Origin: an uncultured Candidatus Saccharibacteria bacterium
GTDB lineage: Bacteria; Patescibacteriota; Minisyncoccia; Phycocordibacterales; DATDWN01
Direction of reading: 5' to 3'
Length of the DNA stretch: 64,000 nucleotides
Assembly: GCA_964426735.1 (NCBI GenBank)
Contig: CAYRRP010000003.1
Location: forward strand, 13,378-77,377
The position numbers and the translations under genes are program-made. The notes beneath the pieces were generated by a model. That model was given only the letters and a program-made list of their open reading frames with translations. It did no database searches and was not told the DNA's origin. Shown here piece by piece: positions 12,242 to 22,593 of the stretch (positions within the stretch are counted from its first letter, which is position 1; each line of letters starts with the position of its first letter).

Positions 12242-13300
12242 TTACAATAATCGCTCGAGTCCTTTTGAGTTCTGAGAAAACATGTATGCATTCTCTACTG
12301 TAATCTCCCCTGCTTTCACCAAATCTGACAATGTTCTGTTGAGATCAATCATACCGAGTTCTGACCCTGTTTCGATAACAGAATTGATTTCATGAATACG
12401 GTTTTCTCGAATAAGGTTTGCAACTGCGGGATTGTTAATCAACAGTTCATATGCTGGTATCATTCCTCCTGATATACGAGGAATGAGTCTTTGTGAAAAA
12501 ATACCGATCAGTGATGCTGAAAGTTGTACTCGGATTTGGTTTTGTTGTTCCGCAACAAACGAGTCGATAATACGTGCAACAGTTTGAGCAGCGGTATTTG
12601 TATGAAGTGTTGAAAACACCAAGTGTCCTGTCTCTGCGGCAGTCACTGCAGTTGATATGGTTTCTGGCTCACGCATTTCTCCGATCATGAGCACATCGAT
12701 ATCTTGTCTAAACACACCACGGAGTGCCGTATGAAAATCTGGTGTGTCCTCACGAACCTCTCGTTGTTCAACAAGTGACTTATCTGATTCAAACAGATAT
12801 TCAATCGGATCTTCGATAGTGATAATATGCTCAAGACGATGAGTGTTTATGTGTTGTATCAATGATGCAAGCGTTGTACTTTTACCCTGACCTGTCGGAC
12901 CTACCACCAAAAAGAAACCTTGTTGTTTGTTTGCAAATGTCTCCAAAATTGGAGGAAGGTTCAGTTCTTCAATTGTTTGGATTTTTTTAGGAATAAGACG
13001 AAGTGCAACACTCATCTTTCCAAGCTGAAAATACGCATTACCTCGCAGACGAACAATCCCTTTATGTTCATACGCAAAATCAACTTCATTTTCTTCAATG
13101 AATTTTTCTTTTTGCTTCTGACTCAGTAACTCATCAAGTATAGCTTTGATATCTGATCGAGTAAGTGCTTTATATTTTACCAATGGAACCAACGAGCTAT
13201 CGACTCTCATAATAGGAATGCGCTCTTCAGCAAGATGAAGGTCTGAAGCATTCTCTTGAACCAAATGATCAATTAACTCAGAGAGCATTTTATGTTCCAT
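12242..13300 (-). CDS. pilT: Pilus retraction ATPase
   Basis: GPTGQGKSTT, EDPIEY, GEMR, AETGHLVFSTLHT, LIRE. Confidence 0.95.
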   Translation of the reverse strand: MEHKMLSELIDHLVQENASDLHLAEERIPIMRVDSSLVPLVKYKALTRSDIKAILDELLSQKQKEKFIEENEVDFAYEHKGIVRLRGNAYFQLGKMSVALRLIPKKIQTIEELNLPPILETFANKQQGFFLVVGPTGQGKSTTLASLIQHINTHRLEHIITIEDPIEYLFESDKSLVEQREVREDTPDFHTALRGVFRQDIDVLMIGEMREPETISTAVTAAETGHLVFSTLHTNTAAQTVARIIDSFVAEQQNQIRVQLSASLIGIFSQRLIPRISGGMIPAYELLINNPAVANLIRENRIHEINSVIETGSELGMIDLNRTLSDLVKAGEITVENAYMFSQNSKGLERLL

Positions 13301-13301
13301 A

Positions 13302-13691
13302 TTATATTTTTTTACGCGTATTATAAACCTCGAGTACTTTCGTTACCACTTCAGACGGTATAGTCATCGCCTTAATAATAAAACCATCGATACCGAGTTT
13401 TTCAGCTTTCTCTTCATCATCTGCCTGGTTGGTAAGCATGATAATTGTCGATGTTGAAGCCAACTTTTCTGCCCGAATAATTTCAAGAAGAGCGAGACCG
13501 TCCATTGTCGGCATAATAATATCAAGCAAAATTATATCAGGTGTATACCCTTCTCGTAATCGCTGAAGTGCGACACTACTCCCATTTGCAGTTTCAACCT
13601 CAAGTCCACTTTTCTGAAATTTTACTGCATACATATCAAGCAAAAAACGATCATCATCAACTAAGAAAATTTTTGTTTTGGTATCAGTCAT
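13302..13691 (-). CDS. Stand-alone response regulator receiver protein
   Basis: VDDD, LLDIIMP, LTN and IIK receiver motifs. Confidence 0.9.
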   Translation of the reverse strand: MTDTKTKIFLVDDDRFLLDMYAVKFQKSGLEVETANGSSVALQRLREGYTPDIILLDIIMPTMDGLALLEIIRAEKLASTSTIIMLTNQADDEEKAEKLGIDGFIIKAMTIPSEVVTKVLEVYNTRKKI

Positions 13692-13721
13692 AATAATTAG
13701 AATATCGTTAGTCTTAGTATA

Positions 13722-15452
13722 CTATAGTGCATTTACTTCTTCAAAAGGAATTTCTCGTTTCATTGCCTTAAGAATCGCATCTTCTTTCATTGTAATCATA
13801 CCTTTGCTTCGAGCAACACGTGCAATCTCTGGTTCTGTTGGGTTTTTCAAAATAACACCTTCAATATCTTTGTCTATTTCCAACACCTCCATCACCGCAC
13901 GTCGCCCTCGAACACCATTTGGACAATCTGTTGTTGGTGCAATACCGTACACCTCCTTACTAAACTCCAATGTATCTCGAAACTCCGAAGGTAAATCTTC
14001 GAATTGTTTCGTAATCATTAGTTCAATACCACCCTCAATAGGAATCGGTGTTCCTGATCCTGGACAAAGCACAGACACAAGACGCTGTGCCATGGCAAGG
14101 ATCAGTGTCGGCGCAATCAAATACGGATCAACACCCATATCAATAAGACGAGGAATTACGCCAATTGCTGAGTTGGTGTGGATTGTTGATAACACCAAGT
14201 GACCAGTAAGCGCAGCTTGAATCGCAAGCTGTGCTGTTTCTTTATCTCGAATCTCTCCCACCATGATAACGTCAGGGTCTTGACGAAGTGTGGTACGCAA
14301 ACCAGATGCAAATGTATAATCAATCTCTGGTCGTACTTGAGATTGAGACATGCCTTCAATGTTATACTCGATAGGATCTTCAAGTGACAATACATTTTGA
14401 CGCTCACGATCCATCTCCATGAGCATCGAGTACAATGTCGATGTTTTTCCTGAACCTGTAGGTCCTGAAATCAGAATGAGTCCATATGGACGAGCAAGTG
14501 CGCGACGTATACGATCAAGATTGTACTGACTTAACCCAAGATCATCGAGTTTTTTTACTCCTTTTTCCTGATCCAAAAGTCGCATCACCACTTTTTCTCC
14601 GAAGTATGTAGGAAATGTAGATACACGAAAATCTATTTTTCTTCCTTCGATACGCGCAGTAAAACGACCGTCTTGTGGTTTACGTTTTTCATCGAGACGC
14701 ATATTACACAAAATCTTGATACGCGCTACCACTGCAGAATGCACCTTATAGGGAAGGACGAGACTTGTAGTAAGTACACCGTCAACACGAAAACGAACTT
14801 TTACACTTTCTCGCTGTGGCTCTATATGTACGTCCGATGCACTCCCATCAGTTGCATATCGCAAAATCGTCGCCACAATCTTTGTTACGGGAGCGTCTTC
14901 AGTTATTTTTTCATTTGTAACACTTTCTGGCTCCAGCTCTTCTTTCTTGGCACCATCTTTTTGAGCAGCCTCCGCATCAGTCTTCAATTCAATCTCAAGT
15001 TCATTGAGTGCCTTGTTCACCTCACCAGATAATCCTTTGTATGAACCGATAATACGATCAAAATCAAACTGAGAAATGAGAAATACCTTGTACGGCATAT
15101 TCACCTTTGATGCAATGAAGTTGAGCGCATCACGACCCTCTATATTATCAGGATCTGTAATACCAACTTCAAGCACACCATCTGATACAGCAATTGGTAC
15201 AAACTTATAATATCGCGCAGAGTCTTCTGGAATATACTCAAGTACACTCATCGGAACTTCCACGTTTTCGAGTGATCGTGTAGGGATTTCCAAATATTCC
15301 CCTTTTGCATTAAGGATATCCGACGCATTGATTCCACGACGCAATAACACCTGTTCAACAGGCACACCTTTTTGATTTGCTTCTTGTTCGATTAAAGGAG
15401 CATCATCTTTTGAAATAAGATTTTTTTCAACTAAAATTTCGAGTATATTCAT
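13722..15452 (-). CDS. pilB: Pilus assembly ATPase (GspE/PilB)
   Basis: ASDVHIEP, GPTGSGKT, LRQDPDVIMVGEIRD. Confidence 0.95.
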   Translation of the reverse strand: MNILEILVEKNLISKDDAPLIEQEANQKGVPVEQVLLRRGINASDILNAKGEYLEIPTRSLENVEVPMSVLEYIPEDSARYYKFVPIAVSDGVLEVGITDPDNIEGRDALNFIASKVNMPYKVFLISQFDFDRIIGSYKGLSGEVNKALNELEIELKTDAEAAQKDGAKKEELEPESVTNEKITEDAPVTKIVATILRYATDGSASDVHIEPQRESVKVRFRVDGVLTTSLVLPYKVHSAVVARIKILCNMRLDEKRKPQDGRFTARIEGRKIDFRVSTFPTYFGEKVVMRLLDQEKGVKKLDDLGLSQYNLDRIRRALARPYGLILISGPTGSGKTSTLYSMLMEMDRERQNVLSLEDPIEYNIEGMSQSQVRPEIDYTFASGLRTTLRQDPDVIMVGEIRDKETAQLAIQAALTGHLVLSTIHTNSAIGVIPRLIDMGVDPYLIAPTLILAMAQRLVSVLCPGSGTPIPIEGGIELMITKQFEDLPSEFRDTLEFSKEVYGIAPTTDCPNGVRGRRAVMEVLEIDKDIEGVILKNPTEPEIARVARSKGMITMKEDAILKAMKREIPFEEVNAL

Positions 15453-15467
15453 ACGTAATGTATAGAG

Positions 15468-15809
15468 TTACGGCCGACTAGTGCTTGCAACCGGTGATGT
15501 ACTTTGACCTTGAAACGTACCTTCAAACAGATTTGATCTTCCTGGAGCATCAGTCGGGAGCGGAACTGACTGATCGACGAGATTAGTCCATGCGGTTGAT
15601 GTGAAAAAATCTCCATCGATACTTGCTTGTTGCATTTTGTTTAACAACAACAATATATCAGTGGTAGCTTGATCAGATACCACTTCATTGCCTACCAACG
15701 TAGGATCAATCACGACAGTATCCTTACCTTTAAACTGGTAAAACAAGAACGCTACAAGCGATATAAGGAAAATAGTAACTAATGTTTTGTTTTGTTTAAG
15801 TGATTGCAT
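15468..15809 (-). CDS. Small single-TM protein at the PilP position
   Basis: N-terminal TM, GRSNLF tail, located between pilO and pilB. Confidence 0.6.
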   Translation of the reverse strand: MQSLKQNKTLVTIFLISLVAFLFYQFKGKDTVVIDPTLVGNEVVSDQATTDILLLLNKMQQASIDGDFFTSTAWTNLVDQSVPLPTDAPGRSNLFEGTFQGQSTSPVASTSRP

Positions 15810-15810
15810 A

Positions 15811-16392
15811 TTAGTTCATCCAATAGCTATCTAATGTAATTTTAAACGTCAACCGTGACGAAGTAGTTTTATCTGTCGATACAGAACTATCGATGGTTAC
15901 TTTCTTAATATCCAACAATTGCAAATTTTTCTCTAAATCCGCAAGAAAGACCACTAGATCTTTATATTGACCCTCAGTGGCAAAATCGAATTCAACAACT
16001 TTATAGGGAGACTCTGAGACAACAACTTCCACTGTAGGATCGATAATACCGGTAGTCATCTCAGATGTTTCTTTTTTGTCTGCAAAAGAAAAATCTTTTA
16101 CCAACATACTGTGTCGTAATGCAATCGCATTGATATCTGCAGTAAGCTTAATCGGGTTATATTGTTTTGGCACAACCTTATTTACTTTTTCTAACTCATC
16201 TGACGGAATCGCTTCGTATTGTGCCACCAAAGAATCTCGAATCTCTTTGAGTTGCTGAGCTTTTTGTTGAGCATCCTTAAGCTCCTGATTTTTCATTTTC
16301 AAATCACTTGTTGTCTGCCACTGTGGCCACGTATAAAGATAGACAATAATGAACGCTCCTATGATACATAATAATGAGGTGAGTTTTTTCAT
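15811..16392 (-). CDS. pilO: PilO-like protein
   Basis: TM plus coiled coil plus GQYKDLVVFLADLEKNLQLLDI. Confidence 0.8.
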   Translation of the reverse strand: MKKLTSLLCIIGAFIIVYLYTWPQWQTTSDLKMKNQELKDAQQKAQQLKEIRDSLVAQYEAIPSDELEKVNKVVPKQYNPIKLTADINAIALRHSMLVKDFSFADKKETSEMTTGIIDPTVEVVVSESPYKVVEFDFATEGQYKDLVVFLADLEKNLQLLDIKKVTIDSSVSTDKTTSSRLTFKITLDSYWMN

Positions 16393-16395
16393 GGC

Positions 16396-17019
16396 TTATA
16401 GCATGTATTTAGAAATCATAGATACTGTTTGAATTTTATTGCTATACATCACAACATCAGGATTCAGGATTGCTTTTATGGTTGTCTGCACAGCACCTTT
16501 ATCAGAAAGCACTACTTTAGAGAACGTTACGTCTTTGAACATATCTGACTCGAGAAAAATCTTTGCTTGCTGAGCCCATGCAGCATAACTCTGTGCCTCT
16601 CCTATAATGGTTACCACTACATTTCCCTGGGAATCTCGTGTGAATGTAAACGATGTAAATCGTACAGTAGGAAGTGTTTCTTTTTCAAACAACTGAAACA
16701 CAGGAGAGACGACTTTGTGTTCGGTAAGAAGTGTACGGATAGATTTTAGCTGATCTGAGATGAGAAGTATTTTTTCATTATCAGGTGATTCAAACGCTTT
16801 ACGCGCCTCACGTAATGCAGTATTTGAAGCTTCAATTTGTGATTTGAGATAATAATTGAAAGCAAACACTCCTCCTGATGCGAGTAGTGAACCAATAAGC
16901 ACAACAAGAGCGAAAGTGCTCAAAATATTAAAAGATACTCGTGGACTTGATCCAAGAGATGAATTCCCACTTGGAATAGGTGCCTTTGGTATAAACGATG
17001 TTTGAAACTTTGGTTCCAT
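16396..17019 (-). CDS. pilN: PilN-like protein
   Basis: QTSFIPK N-terminus, TM, IIGEAQSY ferredoxin-like motif, follows pilM. Confidence 0.75.
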   Translation of the reverse strand: MEPKFQTSFIPKAPIPSGNSSLGSSPRVSFNILSTFALVVLIGSLLASGGVFAFNYYLKSQIEASNTALREARKAFESPDNEKILLISDQLKSIRTLLTEHKVVSPVFQLFEKETLPTVRFTSFTFTRDSQGNVVVTIIGEAQSYAAWAQQAKIFLESDMFKDVTFSKVVLSDKGAVQTTIKAILNPDVVMYSNKIQTVSMISKYML

Positions 17020-17160
17020 GTGCTTGTGTGATAAAAGTAGCGCTCTCTATCTCTGAGCGTATACAACATTCATATTCTATTATAGACCAGAAGTATGAGT
17101 TAACCAATACAAAACAGTGGATTACTTTTATATAGAAACACGAGATGAGCCCATCGCTAC

Positions 17161-18297
17161 TTATTCCAATTCTTGCAATCTTCGAAGTGCGAGACCGAGT
17201 GCTACTGCAAACTGAGGACCTGTTTGTTTGAGCACTTCATCAAGAAATGCTGGAGTGATTACTTTTGAAAATGGATCTCCTCCACGCACCTCTGTTTGAA
17301 AACTTTTTTGTGCAAGTGGCTCAAGACCTTTGAGTGATGACCCTCCCCCTACCAACAATACTTTGTGTATATTTTTATTATATTTTTTCTCGTACGTGAG
17401 AATAACCCGATTTGCTTCAGTAAAAAGAAAATCGAGTGTGAGTCTGATAATGTTGGCAACACTTACACCATCTGGAGTTGTATCGATCAAACCAAATTGA
17501 CGTTTCATCACTTCCGCTTTATCCATCTCTATGCCAAATGATTTTGATATAGCTGAGGTAATATTTTGGGATCCACGGTTGATAGTGTGTGACATACGGA
17601 GAATACCTCGTTCAACAATAAATAATTTTGTTGTTGCGGCACCCATATCAAAAATCATCATGGGTGCAATTGTTTGATCGAGCACAGAACGCATTGAACT
17701 AAATATTTCAATTTCAAAAAATGACGTGCTTAAATTATTTTTTGCAGCAATATCTCCATAGCGAGACAACATATCATTATGTATTGCGACCAACAATATA
17801 TCTTGCATCGGAATCTTGCGTTGCACAGGAACACCGGGGATAGGCATCGAAGCATCTTCAGGAAGCGGATCGAGTTTATCTTTTGGAATCACAGACCAAT
17901 CTAAAGAAACTTCTGAAATAGGGACTGGGATATATTTACGCGCTTCAATAGGGATCATGTTGATTAACTCCTTTTGTGACACAATCGGCATTTCAATCAC
18001 AGTCATCAAACTTGATGAATACGGGATTGCAATACCTGCAAGATTGGTGGTGATATTCACTTCTTTTTCTACCAACAAATCATGTAATGCTTGGATGATT
18101 TTATCTTGAGTAAGATTTGTAGCTTGACCCACTGAAACTCCAGCATATGGCCCCAGAGAAAGCTCTCCGTATGTTTCGAGAAGTGCTTGAGAACCTTTTT
18201 TACGAAGCTGTACGACTTTAATAGATGATGATCCTATATCAACACCAATAACACTTTGATTTTTTTTACCAAATAAATTGTCTAGAAAAGAAACCAT
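17161..18297 (-). CDS. pilM: Type IV pilus assembly protein PilM
   Basis: IGVDIGSSSIKVV, FDMGA, LVGGGS, VALGLALR. Confidence 0.95.
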   Translation of the reverse strand: MVSFLDNLFGKKNQSVIGVDIGSSSIKVVQLRKKGSQALLETYGELSLGPYAGVSVGQATNLTQDKIIQALHDLLVEKEVNITTNLAGIAIPYSSSLMTVIEMPIVSQKELINMIPIEARKYIPVPISEVSLDWSVIPKDKLDPLPEDASMPIPGVPVQRKIPMQDILLVAIHNDMLSRYGDIAAKNNLSTSFFEIEIFSSMRSVLDQTIAPMMIFDMGAATTKLFIVERGILRMSHTINRGSQNITSAISKSFGIEMDKAEVMKRQFGLIDTTPDGVSVANIIRLTLDFLFTEANRVILTYEKKYNKNIHKVLLVGGGSSLKGLEPLAQKSFQTEVRGGDPFSKVITPAFLDEVLKQTGPQFAVALGLALRRLQELE

Positions 18298-18331
18298 AAG
18301 AGTATTATTATATCATACATAATTATACACT

Positions 18332-18985
18332 ATGATTTACTCTCTCAAAAATATCTTTTCTACAGTTATAGATTGGATATTCCCTCCTCGAAAAAGTGAA
18401 GGTGTTGCTACAAAACTTACTTATGAACACATAATCTCTCTTCCTAAACCTCACAACAATCTACCTCCAGATACGTATGCATTATATTCATACAAAAATC
18501 CTTTGGTTACCTCTCTTATATGGGAAATTAAATATCATAAAAACAATACAGTTCTTTCTCTTATCGCACCTTCTCTTGCAGACTTGATACAGGACGAATA
18601 TATGGAAAAAGCATTATTTACCCACTGGGACAGATGTTTGTTGCTACCTGTACCAAGCACTAAAAAACACATGCGAGATCGTGGTTATGCTCACACTGAG
18701 TTTATATGTGAAAAACTCATCACACTCCTCCCACCAGAAATCACCTACACACCTCACGTACTCATAAAAACAGTAGACACTCCCCTGCAACACAAACTAC
18801 ACGATCGAGATACTAGACTCAATAATCTCAAAAACACTCAAACAGTTGTTGGTATAATCCCTCCACATACTGCAGTTATACTGATTGATGATGTGACCAC
18901 AACAGGTGCAACCCTCGTCGAATCACGCCGAGCACTCACAGATGCAGGTGTAAAAGATATCTTTGCATTTACCATAGCGCACTGA
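18332..18985 (+). CDS. comF: ComF family competence protein (PRTase fold)
   Basis: LPVP...RGY, ILIDDVTTTGAT. Confidence 0.88.
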   Translation: MIYSLKNIFSTVIDWIFPPRKSEGVATKLTYEHIISLPKPHNNLPPDTYALYSYKNPLVTSLIWEIKYHKNNTVLSLIAPSLADLIQDEYMEKALFTHWDRCLLLPVPSTKKHMRDRGYAHTEFICEKLITLLPPEITYTPHVLIKTVDTPLQHKLHDRDTRLNNLKNTQTVVGIIPPHTAVILIDDVTTTGATLVESRRALTDAGVKDIFAFTIAH

Positions 18986-19035
18986 TGTGATAAAGTTTGA
19001 AAGTCTTAAGTATTTACATTACTTGACAAACACGA

Positions 19036-19127
19036 GGAGCTGTGTCAGAGTGGTCGAATGTCCCTCTTTGCTAAAGAGGCAGGCCCGTTAAAAGGCCTCG
19101 AGGGTTCGAATCCCTCCGGCTCCGCCA
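19036..19127 (+). tRNA. tRNA-Ser(GCT)
   Basis: Long variable arm, ttgctaa loop, G73, encoded CCA. Confidence 0.95.
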
Positions 19128-19140
19128 ATACCACAGATTT

Positions 19141-19455
19141 ATGGAGAAAGAGGAACATAATAACAACCCACATATGTACGACACCCCAAATAATCTTATT
19201 AAAAAAGAGGGTGACTTTTTTCGTAACATGACTTTGTCCACTACACAAAGACCCTTATCATTACGAATATTTATTACAATCTTTTCCATACTAATTTTAG
19301 TTTTGCCTGGCATAACATTCACCATGCTATCAATAGTCCCAATAAGCGGCTATAACACCCCTCTTGTTAGCCGAGTGGCTGGATTAGTGATGGGAATATT
19401 TTTTATAACTCTTGGCATATCAATTATCAGTAAAAATATTAAAAAATCTTCTTAA
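19141..19455 (+). CDS. Small two-TM hypothetical protein
   Basis: 104-aa ORF with two hydrophobic helices between the two tRNA-Ser genes. Confidence 0.55.
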   Translation: MEKEEHNNNPHMYDTPNNLIKKEGDFFRNMTLSTTQRPLSLRIFITIFSILILVLPGITFTMLSIVPISGYNTPLVSRVAGLVMGIFFITLGISIISKNIKKSS

Positions 19456-19508
19456 GAACTATAATTTTATATACTAAAACACAAAAATGGGTTATATTTA
19501 TCCACATT

Positions 19509-19598
19509 GGAGGAATCGCATAGCGGCCTAGTGCAGCGGTTTACTAAACCGCCATACTCGAAAGAGTATCGAGAGTTCGAATCTCTCTTCCTCCGCCA
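19509..19598 (+). tRNA. tRNA-Ser(ACT)
   Basis: GGAGGAA/TTCCTCC acceptor, gcggt-ttACTaa-accgc, long variable arm, G73, CCA. Confidence 0.9.
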
Positions 19599-19777
19599 AA
19601 AAATCGTATTTGGGCGATTTTGCGTGAGAGAGAATACTCTGCTGTTAGCAGAGTATGTCGAGATTCGAACAACGGAGCGATTCTTGTTTTAACAAAAACA
19701 GGACGCGAGTCGGTGCCCAGACTAAAAATTTCTGACGAGAAATTTTTAAGTCGAGGGAGAAACTCTCACTCTCTCCG
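19599..19777 (+). repeat. tRNA-3'-associated structured element (copy behind tRNA-Ser(ACT))
   Basis: Antisense gagattcgaac, aacggagcga-hairpin-cgcgagtcggtgcccagact-hairpin-agtcgaggga, degenerate 3' copy ending ctccg. Confidence 0.8.
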
Positions 19778-19869
19778 TATTGACAATTTAGTATCGGATG
19801 ACCTGAATACCTTATTGACAGAAAATCCGCATCACGCGGATTTTTCTTGTTCCAAGTCCTTATGTAATT

Positions 19870-20274
19870 TTATTTACCCGCGAAAGGGTCTTTGTTGTCA
19901 TCAAGACCTAATTCTTCAAATTGATCGTGGGCAATAATCTGTGCCACCCTCTTCTCTTTCGATTTTTCCTCGAGGTTACCATCTTTTATCACCCAAACCG
20001 CAGAACCAAGATCCCAACCAGCTAAGTCGTTTCCGAATTTTCGCTTCAGGAAATCAGTTGTTTTGTCATGATATGCTTTGTATGCTTCATCATTCTTGTC
20101 AGTACCCAAGTCGTAAGTAAACCCTATACCATTTTGATCTTTTGATACTTTTCTAATATAGAGTTGGAGATATTTTGGATCGTCTGCCCATTTTTCCGCG
20201 ACTTCTCCAAGGTCTTTTTGAGAAATTTTGTCGCTAAATTTCCACAGACCCATAATCCAATTTTTTTCTTGCAT
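19870..20274 (-). CDS. Hypothetical protein
   Basis: 134-aa ORF with protein-like composition, followed by terminator gaaaatccgc-atcac-gcggattttt. Confidence 0.7.
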   Translation of the reverse strand: MQEKNWIMGLWKFSDKISQKDLGEVAEKWADDPKYLQLYIRKVSKDQNGIGFTYDLGTDKNDEAYKAYHDKTTDFLKRKFGNDLAGWDLGSAVWVIKDGNLEEKSKEKRVAQIIAHDQFEELGLDDNKDPFAGK

Positions 20275-20500
20275 TTTAATGAATGAAATTAAAAGAAACG
20301 TGAATAATGAAAGGAAAGGAACAGGTTAATAGTACCGAGATTTTACAATTTGTCTATTTTTTAATGATGACCCGAGTACCCCAAAAGGTTTCGGAAAATA
20401 TGCTAAAATACCCTTGTGTTACCTCACTTGATTGACACTTAACACGAGTGGTCCGCAGTTTTGAACGCAGTGAAAAACTGCGGCGTGACACTAGCTACAT

Positions 20501-20983
20501 ATGAACTTAATAAAGTTATTAAAAGAAGAAAAAATAATAAAGTTTGGAGAATTTACTTTACGAAGTGGAATTAAATCTAATTACTATTGTGATATAAAAA
20601 GAGCATTAGGTAACCCACTCATACTAAAAGTCATCACAAACCAATTAGCTAGTATTGTTCCTAAAAAAGTTACTTGTATAGCCGGATCTGGTTACGGTGG
20701 TATAGTTCTAGCGTCTCTTGTGTCTCAAAAAATAAATATCCCTCTTGTTCTGGTCAGAGATAAAATCAAAAATCATGGAACTAAAAAAATGATAGATGGA
20801 TATGTGCCAAACAAAAAAGATATTATTTGCATTATCGATGATGTATTTACAACAGGTAGCAGTATTAGCGATACAAAAAACAAGTTAACTGAAACAAAAG
20901 TTAAGTTTGTTAAACCTATTGTTGTTTTAGACAGATCATCTAAAAAGGATGTTTTTAGTTTGATTATCGATAAAGATATATAA
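20501..20983 (+). CDS. pyrE: Orotate phosphoribosyltransferase
   Basis: FGEFTLRSGIKSNYYCD, VRDKIKNHG, IIDDVFTTGSS. Confidence 0.9.
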   Translation: MNLIKLLKEEKIIKFGEFTLRSGIKSNYYCDIKRALGNPLILKVITNQLASIVPKKVTCIAGSGYGGIVLASLVSQKINIPLVLVRDKIKNHGTKKMIDGYVPNKKDIICIIDDVFTTGSSISDTKNKLTETKVKFVKPIVVLDRSSKKDVFSLIIDKDI

Positions 20984-21004
20984 GTAACCAGTGTACCTCA
21001 AGAA

Positions 21005-21550
21005 ATGCGTTACAGTATACTTCATCAATCTTTAACACAAAACACCATGAACAAACCAGTTTTTATACAACCACCAGGTTTTCTTGCTCGTCTTGGAGAC
21101 GTATTACTTACACCATTTATGTACCTGTTTTCCGGTACGTTCAAAGAAACACCTCAGCGTACACATGTATGGAACAGTATTCGGTTTTCAGATCAAGAGG
21201 TATCTCATTTTGATACTGAACAAATGGTACAGTGCGGTGGTATCTCTGGTGCAATACGTCAAGTTAATCAAATCCCAATATTCCACCTCCCTGTTCTCGG
21301 AGGATGGCGTGACTATGTAGTACTTGAACCCGTAAATTACAAATCTACCTGGAATATCGGGTGGAATATTTCTGGAACAACAGGAGCATCACGTTTTGTA
21401 TTACAAGGTCCTGTACGTATACTTGTAGGACCAAAAGCCATTTGTTTTTTTGGTATCAATACACAAACAGGAGAACAAATACCTATCAGGAAAATTGCAG
21501 TCGGTCGTATTGGAAAAGGTGGTGAATATGCACAAATTCCACTGTTATAA
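21005..21550 (+). CDS. Hypothetical protein
   Basis: 181-aa ORF; true start may be the ATG at 21047. Confidence 0.65.
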   Translation: MRYSILHQSLTQNTMNKPVFIQPPGFLARLGDVLLTPFMYLFSGTFKETPQRTHVWNSIRFSDQEVSHFDTEQMVQCGGISGAIRQVNQIPIFHLPVLGGWRDYVVLEPVNYKSTWNIGWNISGTTGASRFVLQGPVRILVGPKAICFFGINTQTGEQIPIRKIAVGRIGKGGEYAQIPLL

Positions 21551-21551
21551 T

Positions 21552-22436
21552 CTACCCTTCAAACGCCTCCTCCAACTTTTTAATATCAAATTTCTTCATC
21601 TTCATAAATGCTTCGGTGACTCGAGCAATTTGTTCCTTTGTTCCAGAAGAAAGCATTTCTGTCATACGCACTGGCACCACTTGCCATGGCACGCCAAACT
21701 TATCATTCAACCACCCACACTGAACTTCTGCACCTCCATCGGTTAACTTTTCCCAATAATAATCAACTTCCTCTTGATCTTTACAATTCACCACAAAAGA
21801 GATCGCTTGATTGAATGTCAGTGGACTTTTTTTACCACTATCTAGTACTGCAAACCGTGTACCATCGAGCATAAAACCTGCGTGTTTTGTGTGAGCACGA
21901 TCGTCATCGACCGGCTCTGTACCATCATATGGTGTCACATAATCAACATGAGAATTTTTAAATATTCCTGTATAAAAATCGACAGCTTCTTTTGCCCTAC
22001 CACATACATCACCACAAAACATAAGTGTTGATACGATTTTTTCTTCTGGCTTTTTTCCATCCATACACAACACCTGCCACGATACACCATATTTATCTTG
22101 TCCCCAACCAAATTTTTGCGCAAAATCATATGAATCAAGAGGCATTAATTCTTTTCCCTCTTTGGTAATCTTTTGCCACAAATCATCCGCTTCATCAGTA
22201 GTATCGCAATTGATAATAAAAGAAATTGTTGGGTTAAACGGTAAATATGGACCCGTTGTCATAAGATCGAACTGTTGTCCATATATGTACATGCTTTTCA
22301 TCTGCACATGACCAGACGGTGTATTATCCAACTTACCATCACCTCCTCCAGTTACATCAGGAAAGATTGATGCATAATACGAAATAATCTGATCGATATC
22401 TTTTTCAAACCATAAAAATGGGACTATTGTTTTCAT
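21552..22436 (-). CDS. VOC/PhnB-like protein with duplicated domain
   Basis: PFLWF, DKYGVSWQ and CGWLNDKFGVPWQ motifs. Confidence 0.9.
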   Translation of the reverse strand: MKTIVPFLWFEKDIDQIISYYASIFPDVTGGGDGKLDNTPSGHVQMKSMYIYGQQFDLMTTGPYLPFNPTISFIINCDTTDEADDLWQKITKEGKELMPLDSYDFAQKFGWGQDKYGVSWQVLCMDGKKPEEKIVSTLMFCGDVCGRAKEAVDFYTGIFKNSHVDYVTPYDGTEPVDDDRAHTKHAGFMLDGTRFAVLDSGKKSPLTFNQAISFVVNCKDQEEVDYYWEKLTDGGAEVQCGWLNDKFGVPWQVVPVRMTEMLSSGTKEQIARVTEAFMKMKKFDIKKLEEAFEG

Positions 22437-22593
22437 ACGATTAACTATATCAAAGAATGTTCTATTTGTTTAAAATCTATATTACTTCCACTCAACCTAT
22501 TATCTTTCAAAGATGTACCTACCGCACTTTTTTACACCTGAAAGACCTCATACCTGCTATACTTACACAGGTTATTTCTAACACCACACCACC

